The notes beneath the pieces were generated by a model. That model saw only the letters and a program-made list of their open reading frames with translations. It was not told where the DNA came from and searched no databases. A stretch of 64,000 bases of DNA, taken from contig WHTA01000004.1 in the NCBI GenBank assembly GCA_009379825.1, forward strand, positions 92,683 to 156,682, written 5' to 3'. Source of the stretch: Streptosporangiales bacterium. Lineage in GTDB: Bacteria; Actinomycetota; Actinomycetes; Streptosporangiales; WHST01. Positions 47,057 through 55,652 of this stretch are shown here, piece after piece. Position 1 is the stretch's first letter. Every line of letters starts with the position of its first letter. The position numbers were made by a program, and so were the translations under genes.

Positions 47057-48373
47057 ATGGATAAGGCAGCAGCTGGGCTCGGCCCCTTCGAGGCGGTCGG
47101 CGATCTCTCGTACGACGTGGCGTTCCCGGCGATGCTGCCGGTGCAGCAGAAGGTCGACGCCCCACAGGTGGCCGATGTCGCCGCCGCGACGCGGGCGGCG
47201 CTCGAGCCGTTACGCGCACGGGTCACCGCCGGTATGTCGGTCGCGATCACCGCGGGCAGCCGCGGCATCGCGGACAAGCCGGCCGTCGTACGCGCGGCCG
47301 GCGAGTGGCTGCGGTCGGTCGGCGCTGAACCGTTCGTGGTGCCTGCGATGGGGTCGCACGGCGGTGCGACCCCTGAGGGGCAGGTGGAGCTGCTCGGCGA
47401 GCTCGGCATGACCGAGCAGAGCGTGGGCATGCCGATCCGCGCGACGATGGACACGGCGCGGGTCGGCCAGGTGCCCGGTGGGCCCGAGGTCCATCTGGAC
47501 GCCTACGCTGCCGAGGCGGACGGCATCCTCGCCGTCAACCGGGTGAAGGCGCACACCGACTTCTCCGGCGAGCTGGAGAGCGGCGTGGGCAAGATCGTCG
47601 CGATCGGACTCGGCAAGCAACGCGGAGCCGAGGGCGTCCACCGGTTCGGGCCGGCGAACCTGGGCACCTGGATCCCGCGGGTCGCGCGGCACCTCGTCGA
47701 CACCGGGAAGGTGCTCGGCGGCCTGGCGATACTCGAGAACGCCCACGACCGGGCGGCGAGGATCGAGCTCCTGGAGCCGGCCGATATCGCGGGACCTGGC
47801 GAGGCGCAGCTGCTGCTCGAGGCGAAGCAGCTGATGGGGCGGTTGCCGTTCGACGACATCGACGTCGCCGTGGTGGACGCGATGGGCAAGAACGTGTCGG
47901 GTTCGGGCATGGACACGAACGTGATCGGCCGGATGATGATCCGCGGCAGCCCCGAGTTCGAGGGGCCGAACATCCGCAACATCGCCGTCCTCGACCTCAC
48001 CGACGAGTCCCACGGCAACTCCGTCGGAGTCGGCCTCGCGGACTTCGTCCCGTTCCGGCTGATGGCGAAGGTCGACCTGCGTGCGACGTACGTCAACGCC
48101 ATGACGTCCGGGCTCGGCGGCCCGCAGCGGGCGCAGCTACCGATCACGCTGCCCACCGACAGGGACGCCGTGGCCGCCGCGATCCTCACCTGCGGCCGCC
48201 CGGACACGGCCCAGGCCCGGGTGGTGCGGATGCGTAGCACACTGGACCTGGAAGACCTGCTGGTCAGCGAGGCGCTCCGCGACGAGGTGCTGGCGAACGA
48301 CCGGCTGACCATCACCGGCGAGCCGAGCCCACTCGCGTTCGGCCCGGACGGCCGCATCACCGGATGGTCGTGA
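47057..48373 (+). CDS. LarA-like / DUF2088-type domain protein (tentative)
   Basis: ORF track 47057..48373. The layout ..VAITAGSRGI.., ..PAMGSHGG.., ..VNRVKAHTDFSG.. resembles lactate-racemase N-terminal-domain proteins. The family call is tentative. Confidence 0.5.
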   Translation: MDKAAAGLGPFEAVGDLSYDVAFPAMLPVQQKVDAPQVADVAAATRAALEPLRARVTAGMSVAITAGSRGIADKPAVVRAAGEWLRSVGAEPFVVPAMGSHGGATPEGQVELLGELGMTEQSVGMPIRATMDTARVGQVPGGPEVHLDAYAAEADGILAVNRVKAHTDFSGELESGVGKIVAIGLGKQRGAEGVHRFGPANLGTWIPRVARHLVDTGKVLGGLAILENAHDRAARIELLEPADIAGPGEAQLLLEAKQLMGRLPFDDIDVAVVDAMGKNVSGSGMDTNVIGRMMIRGSPEFEGPNIRNIAVLDLTDESHGNSVGVGLADFVPFRLMAKVDLRATYVNAMTSGLGGPQRAQLPITLPTDRDAVAAAILTCGRPDTAQARVVRMRSTLDLEDLLVSEALRDEVLANDRLTITGEPSPLAFGPDGRITGWS

Positions 48374-48392
48374 GCGCAACAGTAAGGAGAGC

Positions 48393-51113
48393 ATGACCGC
48401 AGTCGAGTTCGACACCGTCGCCGTCCTTCCCGAGCCGGGCGACAACGTCGCCATCGTCTCCGCCGACCTGCCCGCGGGCACCGTGCTCGACCGCGACGGC
48501 CCGCGGATCACCGTTGCCCACCAGGTGCTCGAGGGACACCGCATCGTCGTGCAGCCGATCGCCGACGGCGAGCCGCTGCTCTCCTGGTCGACGCCGTTCG
48601 CGTACGCCTCAGGCGACCTGGCCGCCGGTGACTACGTGTGCACCGAGACCACGCTGCAGGCGTTGCGCACGCGCGGCGTCGAGCAGCTGCCGGACCAGCC
48701 GACCGCCGTGAACCGGCCGCTCGACCCGTTCCGGCTGGACGAGTCCCAGCTGGTGATCGGCCGGCAGGTCGACCCGGTCGAGCAGCCGGCCACCTTCCTC
48801 GGCTACCCGCGAGCCGCCGGCCCCGCTGGCACGCGGAACCACGCGGTCGTGGTCGGCACGACCTCGCGTACCGGGCCGTTCGTCACCGAGCTCGCGCGGC
48901 GGTTCGCCGGTCGTGCCACCGGCGGCTGCGACGGTGTGGTGCCGGTGGCGCACACCGAGGGCGGCGAGGACACCACTCCCAACAACGCCGACTTCGTGCT
49001 GCGGGCGCTGGCCGGTTTCCTCGTGCACCCCAACGTCGGCGCGGTGCTCGTCGTCGACGAGCCGGGAGCGGCGATCACCGGCAGCGACGTCACGGCGTTC
49101 ATGGCGGCGCACGGGTATCCGGAGATCGCCGTGCCGCATGCGTTCTTCACCCGGGCAGGCAGTTTCAGTGGTGACCTGGCTGCGGCCGCCGAGCACGTCG
49201 AGGCGTGGCTGCCTGCGCTTGCCGCGCAGGAACGCACCGAACAACCGTTGTCCGACCTTAAGATCGCGCTGCAGTGCGGCGGTTCTGACGCGTTCTCCGG
49301 CATCACCGCCAACCCGCTGGCCGGTGCCGTGGCACGCGAGGTGATCAGGCACGGTGGCGCGGCCGTGCTGGCCGAGACGGACGAGCTGATCGGCGCAGAA
49401 GGCTACGTGCTGGAGAACGTCCGCGACGTCGAGGTTGCACGCAGGTTCCTCCGTACGGTGGAGTCGTTCAAGGAGCGGGCAAGCTGGCACGGGCACACCG
49501 CGGAGGGCAACCCGTCAGGCGGCAACATCTACCGGGGGCTGTACAACATCGTGCTGAAGTCGGTGGGCGCCGCGCGCAAGCGCGACCGGCAGCTGCGCCT
49601 CGACCGCGTGGTCGACTACGCGGAACCGTTGCCTGGCCCCGGGTTCGTCTTCATGGACAGTCCCGGCAACGACCTGGAGTCCGTGGCCGGCGAGGTCGCG
49701 TCCGGCTGCACGATGATCTTCTTCACCACGGGCAACGGGTCGATCACCAACTTCCCGTTCGTGCCCACGCTGAAGTTCGTCACCACGACACCCAGGTACG
49801 AGCTGCTGCGGCACGAGATGGACGTCGACGCGGGCCGGTACCTCACCGGCACGTCGATGGCCGAGCTCACCGCGGAGACGTTCGACCTGACGCTGGCCAC
49901 CGCATCTGGCGCGAGGTCCGCCGGCGAGCGGGCCGGGCACAGCCAGGTGTCGATCTGGCGGAACTGGCAGCAGACCGAGCCGCGGCAGGCGGTCTCCGTC
50001 AGCATCGGGCGCGCGCCGTCGACCGACGACGAGATGGACACCGAGCTCGACGGCAAGCCGTTGCAGGTGCCGATGCCGCACGACCCGCCCGCGCCGTCGT
50101 TCATCATGTACGCGGCGGAGGGTTCCCGTGCGCCGGAACAACTCGCGCTCGTCCTGCCCACGAGCCTCTGCTCGGGCCAGATCGGCCTGCGGCTCGCCGA
50201 CCTCGCGAACCGGCAGAACTGGTACCGGCAGCAGGTGAGCAGGGCGGTGAGCCTCGCGCACACCGAAGGGTGTGGTGTCGCGAGCGGGTCCGCGGAGCAC
50301 ACGTACGCGCGCGTCATGACCGGCTACCTCACCCACCCGAGCGTGCGGATGGCGTTGTTGCTCGAACACGGTTGCGAGAAGACGCACAACGACTACTTCC
50401 GCAGCCGCCTGGTCGAGCAGGGCGTCGACCCGACGAGCTTCGGCTGGGCGAGCATCCAGCTCGACGGCGGGATCGACGCGGTCACCGCGAAGGTGCGGGA
50501 CTGGTTCGAGGCGACCGCAGGCGCGCTCGACGCGCCGGCGCGGATGCCGGCGGGCCTCGGTGACCTCAGCGTCGCGTTGGAGGCCCGCGGCCCGATGCGG
50601 CAGGACACGGCGGTCGCGCTCGCGACGGTCGGCAGTTGGATCGTTGCCAGCGGCGGCACCGTCGTGCTCACCTCGGCGGGCAAGCTGCTTGCCGACGCGG
50701 ACTTCCGCCGGCACGCGTTCGGCTCCACCGACCAGGTGTCGGCGACCCTGGCGCACGGGCAACGTCCCGCCGCGCCCGGCTGGCATGTGATGCGTACGCC
50801 GACGACCGACTGGACGGAGACCGGTAGCGGGCTCGGTGCCACCGGTGCGCAGCTGCTGCTGACGCACGTGGCAGGCGGTACCGTGTCCGGCCAGCCGCTG
50901 CTACCCGTCGCCCAGGTCACCGCCGATCCGTGGACGGACGAGACGTACGGCCAGGATCTCGACGGGGTGCTGCGCGGCGATGCGGATCGGCAGGCGCTCG
51001 ACCTGCTCGGCGTGGTGGCTGCGTTGGCGTCCGGTGAACGCGCACCGCGCACATTGACCAGCGGCAACGTGGGGTTCCAGATCACCCGCGGGTTGCTCGG
51101 CGTCTCGATGTAG
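48393..51113 (+). CDS. UxaA family (altronate/galactarate dehydratase-like) protein, 906 aa with an extra C-terminal UxaA N-type module
   Basis: ORF track 48393..51113. It has a SAF-like N-terminus, ..HTEGGE.., and the core ..LQCGGSDAFSGITANP..LAETDELIGAE... A second module follows (..LPTSLCSGQ.., ..HTEGCG.., ..LEHGCEK..). Confidence 0.75.
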   Translation: MTAVEFDTVAVLPEPGDNVAIVSADLPAGTVLDRDGPRITVAHQVLEGHRIVVQPIADGEPLLSWSTPFAYASGDLAAGDYVCTETTLQALRTRGVEQLPDQPTAVNRPLDPFRLDESQLVIGRQVDPVEQPATFLGYPRAAGPAGTRNHAVVVGTTSRTGPFVTELARRFAGRATGGCDGVVPVAHTEGGEDTTPNNADFVLRALAGFLVHPNVGAVLVVDEPGAAITGSDVTAFMAAHGYPEIAVPHAFFTRAGSFSGDLAAAAEHVEAWLPALAAQERTEQPLSDLKIALQCGGSDAFSGITANPLAGAVAREVIRHGGAAVLAETDELIGAEGYVLENVRDVEVARRFLRTVESFKERASWHGHTAEGNPSGGNIYRGLYNIVLKSVGAARKRDRQLRLDRVVDYAEPLPGPGFVFMDSPGNDLESVAGEVASGCTMIFFTTGNGSITNFPFVPTLKFVTTTPRYELLRHEMDVDAGRYLTGTSMAELTAETFDLTLATASGARSAGERAGHSQVSIWRNWQQTEPRQAVSVSIGRAPSTDDEMDTELDGKPLQVPMPHDPPAPSFIMYAAEGSRAPEQLALVLPTSLCSGQIGLRLADLANRQNWYRQQVSRAVSLAHTEGCGVASGSAEHTYARVMTGYLTHPSVRMALLLEHGCEKTHNDYFRSRLVEQGVDPTSFGWASIQLDGGIDAVTAKVRDWFEATAGALDAPARMPAGLGDLSVALEARGPMRQDTAVALATVGSWIVASGGTVVLTSAGKLLADADFRRHAFGSTDQVSATLAHGQRPAAPGWHVMRTPTTDWTETGSGLGATGAQLLLTHVAGGTVSGQPLLPVAQVTADPWTDETYGQDLDGVLRGDADRQALDLLGVVAALASGERAPRTLTSGNVGFQITRGLLGVSM

Positions 51114-51125
51114 AAGGAGTTCGAC

Positions 51126-52109
51126 TTGCGTGCTGGTTATCTTGCTGCCCAAGGCCGGATCGAGATCGATGACTTCCCGATCCCTGAGCCCGCTGCCGGT
51201 GAAGTGCTCGTGCGGATGCGCCGGGCCTCCATCTGTGGCTCCGACCTGCATATGGCGTACGACGGTTTCCACTGCGCGGACGCGATCGGCAGATCCGGAT
51301 ATCCCGGTCACGAGGGCATCGGCGAGGTCGTCGAGAGCAGGTCGCCGAACTTCGCTACCGGACAACGGGTGCTCACCGTGCCGCCCGGTGACTTCGGCGC
51401 CTGCTTTGCGGAGTACCAGCTCGTCGACGACCTGCATCTGGTGGCCCTGCCGGACGGTGACGAGCGCAGGTTGTTGATGGCCCAGCAGCTCGGCACCACC
51501 ATCTTCGCGATGCGCAGGTTCTGGCCGGCGGACAAGGTGGGTACCGGCAAGGTGGCCGCGATCCTCGGCATGGGCTCGGCCGGCCTGTTCTTCCTCCAGC
51601 AGGTCCGCCGGCTCGGGTTCGAGCAGGTGCTGGTCTCCGACCTGATCCCTGAGCGCCTGCGAGTGGCGAAGCGGTTGGGTGCCGACGTCGTGGTGCATGC
51701 GCCAGGCGAGAGCGTCGCGGAAGCCATCGGCGACGCGTCCGCCGGTCGAGGAGCCGACCTCGTCATCGAGGCAGCGGGCTTCGACAAGCTGCGGGCGGAG
51801 GCCGTCGAGGCGGTCGCCGACCACGGCACCGTCGGCTGTTTCGGCTTCCCCGAGCGCGACGGTGACGCGCCGTACCCGTCGTTCACGGCGTTCCGCAAGG
51901 CGGCGACTATCGCCTGGATTTCCGGTGCCCAGGCGGAACCCGGCCTGGTCTCGTTCCGCGAGGCGCTGGCCGGTATCAACGACGGCACCTACGAGGTCGA
52001 CTACTGCGGCGAGCCCAGTTACCCGCTGGAACGGATAGCCGAGGCGATGGCATTGGCCAGAAACGATGGCGACCGCACGATAAAGGTCGGCATCGACATC
52101 GGACCCTGA
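51126..52109 (+). CDS. medium-chain (zinc-type) dehydrogenase/reductase
   Basis: TTG 51126 after AAGGAG. Motifs ..CGSDLH.., ..GHEGIGEV.. and a GMGSAG Rossmann motif. Confidence 0.8.
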   Translation: MRAGYLAAQGRIEIDDFPIPEPAAGEVLVRMRRASICGSDLHMAYDGFHCADAIGRSGYPGHEGIGEVVESRSPNFATGQRVLTVPPGDFGACFAEYQLVDDLHLVALPDGDERRLLMAQQLGTTIFAMRRFWPADKVGTGKVAAILGMGSAGLFFLQQVRRLGFEQVLVSDLIPERLRVAKRLGADVVVHAPGESVAEAIGDASAGRGADLVIEAAGFDKLRAEAVEAVADHGTVGCFGFPERDGDAPYPSFTAFRKAATIAWISGAQAEPGLVSFREALAGINDGTYEVDYCGEPSYPLERIAEAMALARNDGDRTIKVGIDIGP

Positions 52110-52230
52110 CGACCCTATACCAGGACGCGCCGGCCAACGTGAAGGGATGTGCTTGTATCGCCACTGTGGGTAGTGGGATGATCGCGGATCGATAATCCCG
52201 CACGAAGCAGGGACGGAGGGGGGCTCCATA

Positions 52231-52950
52231 ATGGACACCTTGATCCAAGGTCTTGGTGATGCTTGGTCGGCCATCGCGGTCTTTGTACCCAAGCTCATCG
52301 GGTTCTTGGTCATCCTGTTCATCGGTTGGCTGATCGCGAAGGGTGTTTCCAAAGCGCTAGGTGCGCTGCTGAAACGCCTGGGCTTCGGCAGGCTGCTCGA
52401 CAAGGCAGGACTGGGGAACCTGGCGAGGAACTCGGCCGTAGACCCGGCCGGCATCATCGTGAAGATCGTGTACTACTTCATCCTGCTGATCGCGCTCCAG
52501 TGGGCGTTCAGCGTCTTCGGCACGAACAACCCGGTGAGCGGACTGCTCAACCAGGTGATCGCCTACCTGCCGAGGATCGCCATCGCGGTCGTTCTCATCG
52601 TCGTGGCCGCGGCCGTCGCCGGGGTGTTGCGCGACCTGATCCGGTCCGCGTTGGCCGGCCGGCCGTTCGGTCCGATGGTCGGCACGATCGTGTTCGCGTT
52701 CGTGGTGGCACTCGGCGTCATCGCTGCGGTGAACCAGCTCGGTATCGGTCTCGCGGTGACGACTCCCGTGCTCGTCGCCGTACTGGCGACCATCGGTGGG
52801 ATCCTCGTGGTCGGCGTCGGTGGCGGACTCATCCGGCCGATGCAGAGCCGTTGGGACAACTGGCTGAACCGCGCCGAGCGCGAGCTGTCCGAAGGTTCCG
52901 CACCGCGTACGCAGGAGATGCCGCAGACGACCGGCGAGCAGATTCCGTAA
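52231..52950 (+). CDS. membrane protein with conserved-TM-helix repeats
   Basis: ORF track 52231..52950. Four long hydrophobic helices, preceded by GGAGGGGGG. Confidence 0.6.
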   Translation: MDTLIQGLGDAWSAIAVFVPKLIGFLVILFIGWLIAKGVSKALGALLKRLGFGRLLDKAGLGNLARNSAVDPAGIIVKIVYYFILLIALQWAFSVFGTNNPVSGLLNQVIAYLPRIAIAVVLIVVAAAVAGVLRDLIRSALAGRPFGPMVGTIVFAFVVALGVIAAVNQLGIGLAVTTPVLVAVLATIGGILVVGVGGGLIRPMQSRWDNWLNRAERELSEGSAPRTQEMPQTTGEQIP

Positions 52951-52968
52951 CGCATACGAGGTCATTCG

Positions 52969-52998
52969 AAGGGGCGGTCGCGGCAGCGACCGCCCCTT
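52969..52998. terminator. 13-bp perfect hairpin, candidate bidirectional terminator
   Basis: AAGGGGCGGTCGC-GGCA-GCGACCGCCCCTT, between convergent genes ending at 52950 (+) and 52998 (-). Confidence 0.6.
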
Positions 52999-53387
52999 CA
53001 TCGTTGGTCGCGGCGTAACGGATGGTCGGCCGGTATCTCGACGAGGACGATGCGAATACCGTCCGGATCTGCCAGCCACATCTCGACCAGTCCCCAGGGT
53101 TCTCGCTGCGGCGGCCGGATGACATCGGCGCCCGCCGTCCGCAGTCGTCGGTGTTCTGCCTCGACGTCCCGTACCTGCAGCCACAACGCGACGTCGTCGC
53201 GCTCGGTCGGCTGGCTGCCGCTGCCGGACACCTCGAGGAAACCCTGGCCGAGGAAGAACACCACACCCGGATCACTGGCCGGCCCGAACTCGCGGTAGAC
53301 GGCGAGGCCGAGCACGTCGCGGTAGAACGTGCGGCTGCGCTGCGGGTCGGCCGGGCGGATCAACACCCGGCTGCTGAGTACCTCCAT
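52998..53387 (-). CDS. VOC (glyoxalase/bleomycin-resistance) family protein
   Basis: ATG 53387 after GAAGGAGG in ORF 52998..53453. Motifs ..FYRDVLGL.. and ..DPDGIRIVL... Confidence 0.75.
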   Translation of the reverse strand: MEVLSSRVLIRPADPQRSRTFYRDVLGLAVYREFGPASDPGVVFFLGQGFLEVSGSGSQPTERDDVALWLQVRDVEAEHRRLRTAGADVIRPPQREPWGLVEMWLADPDGIRIVLVEIPADHPLRRDQR

Positions 53388-53503
53388 CCGCACACCTCCT
53401 TCGCTGGTTGTCGACTCTAGGCCGCCGTGGCCGGAACAGGCCACGACGTACACGGTTGTTCGGCGGCTGCCGGGGTGTCGAACAACGTCGCCGCCGCATA
53501 GGC

Positions 53504-54055
53504 ATGACTCGTCCGATCACCTACGAAGGGGCAGATGCAGTCGTGTCCGTAACCAGGTCGGTGCTCACCGGCATCGCGGCGGCCGCCAGCAGCATGGCGT
53601 TGCTCGGCGTCGCCATGCCGGCACACGCCGACGTCAGCAGTGAGAAGCGGGTCGTCACCTGCGTGCTGAAACGCGGCGGCGGCGCGGAGTGCAAGCCAGG
53701 CCGGCTGCGCGCGGCGGACTACACGGCGGTGGCGCGTTTCTACCAACACCCGAACTACAAGGGCAAGATGCACGAGTACCTGCTGCCGAGTCTTGAGGCG
53801 AAGTGCACGTCGGCCTACGACGACGAGTATCACGCCAACATCCCGCACGGCACGTTCTGGGACAACCGGATCAGCTCGGTCGACACCGCGTTCGACCGCG
53901 CCAGCCGCCGCGCCAAGTGCGACGTCAAGCTGTACGACGGTCATCACCTCCACGCCGGCCGCAAGGGCAGCACCACGTGGATCCACGAGCACCCGCGGCT
54001 CAGTCGGCTCGGTGACGGGTTCGACAACAGGGCCAGCTCGTTCCGAGTTTCCTGA
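53504..54055 (+). CDS. secreted Cys-containing protein, beta-gamma-crystallin / inhibitor I36-like (tentative)
   Basis: ATG 53504 in ORF 53408..54055. Signal peptide ..ALLGVAMPAHA, four Cys, Greek-key-like YQHPNYKG and ..NRASSFRV. Confidence 0.55.
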   Translation: MTRPITYEGADAVVSVTRSVLTGIAAAASSMALLGVAMPAHADVSSEKRVVTCVLKRGGGAECKPGRLRAADYTAVARFYQHPNYKGKMHEYLLPSLEAKCTSAYDDEYHANIPHGTFWDNRISSVDTAFDRASRRAKCDVKLYDGHHLHAGRKGSTTWIHEHPRLSRLGDGFDNRASSFRVS

Positions 54056-54079
54056 CCAGAAAGGACCTTCCCTCCAGTC

Positions 54080-54609
54080 ATGTCAGCACACATCAAGCTC
54101 ATCGTGAGACGTATCGCAGTACCAGCCATCGCCGTCGCAGTCGCGCTCATCACCGCGGCGCCCGCGCAGGCCGCGCCGGCGGGAGCAGCGCGGAACCGCG
54201 AGCGGAGATCGGCCTGCAGTGCGTACTGAAGCCTGGCGGCGGTGCGAACTGCGAGCCGAACGCCGTCAAGGGACCGGCGGTCGCCAAGCTCTACCAGCAC
54301 CCCGAGTACAAGGGCTACTATCTCCGGCTGCACCTGCCCAAGGGCAAGCAGAGGTGCACGTCGCGCTACGACAAGGAGTACAGCTGGAACATCTGGCACG
54401 GCACGTACTTCGACAACCGCATCAGCTCGGTCGACACCAGCTTCAGTGCCGCCAGCAGGAACGCCAAGTGCGACGTCAAGCTGTACGACGGCCACAAGCT
54501 CAACCCCGACTTCGGCAAGGGCAGCACTACGTGGATCCACGAGCACCCGCGGCTCAGTCGGCTCGGTAACGGGTTCTACAACAGGGCCAGCTCACTGCGG
54601 GTGTCCTGA
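54080..54609 (+). pseudogene. tandem paralog of 53504..54055, frameshifted between signal peptide and mature domain
   Basis: Not in the ORF track. ATG 54080 plus the signal peptide MSAHIKLIVRRIAVPAIAVAVALITAAPAQA stops at TGA 54227-54229. The mature domain (..EIGLQCVLKPGGGANCEP..LYQHPEYKG..NRASSLRVS, TGA 54607-54609) is in the +1 frame and has no start codon. Confidence 0.65.
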
Positions 54610-54620
54610 CCTGCGAACCA

Positions 54621-54647
54621 GTCCTGGCCGCGGGCAGCGGTCAGGAC
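54621..54647. terminator. 11-bp hairpin between convergent genes
   Basis: GTCCTGGCCGC-GGGCA-GCGGTCAGGAC (one G-T pair). It spans the gap between 54609 (+ stop) and 54641 (- stop). Confidence 0.4.
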
Positions 54648-55057
54648 GGGTCGTAGCTCTCCGCCATCAGCTGCCACTGGTAGAGCGTGAGGCCGATCAT
54701 CCCGGCCGTCAGCGCTGCGGCCGGCACCAAGCGGTGCTTCCAGGCAGCTATGACACTGCCGGTGAGCAGGACGGATGCGACGGCGTTCACCGCCGCCACC
54801 CGGTCCAGCTGCCCGGCTTCGAGCCATTGTTCCTCACCGAGCATGGCTCGGGTCGCCCAGTTGCTGTCGTCCGCCGGTGCGGGGAACACCACGGCGTTCA
54901 GCGTCATCCACCCGACGACTGCGGCGAAGTGGCTCGGGCGGCGCGTCCAGAAGGGCACCAGGATCAGCGGCGTGGTCAGCAGCCGGCTCCAGGCGCTCCA
55001 CGGATTGCTGTGTCGCTCGAAGACCAGTCGACGGAGACGGGCAAGGGACTCTGCCAT
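54641..55057 (-). CDS. hypothetical membrane protein
   Basis: ATG 55057 in ORF 54641..55195. Hydrophobic segments are present. No family assigned. Confidence 0.55.
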   Translation of the reverse strand: MAESLARLRRLVFERHSNPWSAWSRLLTTPLILVPFWTRRPSHFAAVVGWMTLNAVVFPAPADDSNWATRAMLGEEQWLEAGQLDRVAAVNAVASVLLTGSVIAAWKHRLVPAAALTAGMIGLTLYQWQLMAESYDPS

Positions 55058-55079
55058 ATCCCCAGGGTAGGAGCGCGGC

Positions 55080-55340
55080 CTAGGCCGGCGGCAGGTGACC
55101 GTCGATGACCTGGTTGGTCTCGACGGTGCGCGGAGCCGCGTGCCAGTGGCTGCCTTCCTGGCAGTACCAGACCCGGTAGAGCGTGCGCCGGTCACCGTGG
55201 CTGCGGGCAGCGATCACGGCTTCGCCGTGGCTGTGGTACCACAGCAGGCCGTCGCAGCTTGGCGGCTGGAACGAAACCTCGTCCGACGTCGTGGCGGATA
55301 GCGGATGGGAAGGCGAAGCCTGTTCTGTCACCGAGGTCAC
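55080..55340 (-). CDS. hypothetical small protein
   Basis: ORF track 55080..55340. It lies 23 nt upstream of the previous gene on the same strand. No motif recognised. Confidence 0.3.
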   Translation of the reverse strand: MTSVTEQASPSHPLSATTSDEVSFQPPSCDGLLWYHSHGEAVIAARSHGDRRTLYRVWYCQEGSHWHAAPRTVETNQVIDGHLPPA

Positions 55341-55496
55341 CCGTAACAGCTGAGCAAGTTTGCAGCGGACTCAGCCCACCCGGTCAGGGTAGGCACCGCA
55401 GAATCATAGACAGCAGTTCGCCAAAGCCCAACCGAATCGCATCCGAGTGTACGGACCAGCTCCAGTGCTCACGCTGTGTTGGGCAACCGTCGTGCG

Positions 55497-55652
55497 TTAC
55501 TCGACGGTACCGTCGTCGAGCGGTAGGACGTCAGACAGCCAGGGGAACACCCACTCGACGCACGCAAAGACCACTGCGTCGGCGAGCACGACGAGGATGA
55601 CGACCTTCACCGGCCGTGGACCTGGTAACGCGCGCCAGAGTGCTGCGTACAT
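55497..55652 (-). CDS. small single-TM membrane protein (51 aa), absent from ORF track
   Basis: ATG 55652 lies five nt after GGGAGG, and the stop is TAA 55497-55499. The product is MYAALWRALPGPRPVKVVILVVLADAVVFACVEWVFPWLSDVLPLDDGTVE. Codon third positions are mostly G/C. Confidence 0.55.
   Translation of the reverse strand: MYAALWRALPGPRPVKVVILVVLADAVVFACVEWVFPWLSDVLPLDDGTVE

Noticed and set aside
52110-52230. Lower-GC 120-bp gap with an imperfect hairpin GGGATGATCG-CGGAT-CGATAATCCC upstream of the TM-helix-repeat gene.
   Set aside because: The stem is short, has a mismatch, and resembles no regulatory RNA class I recognise. It is probably just a promoter region.
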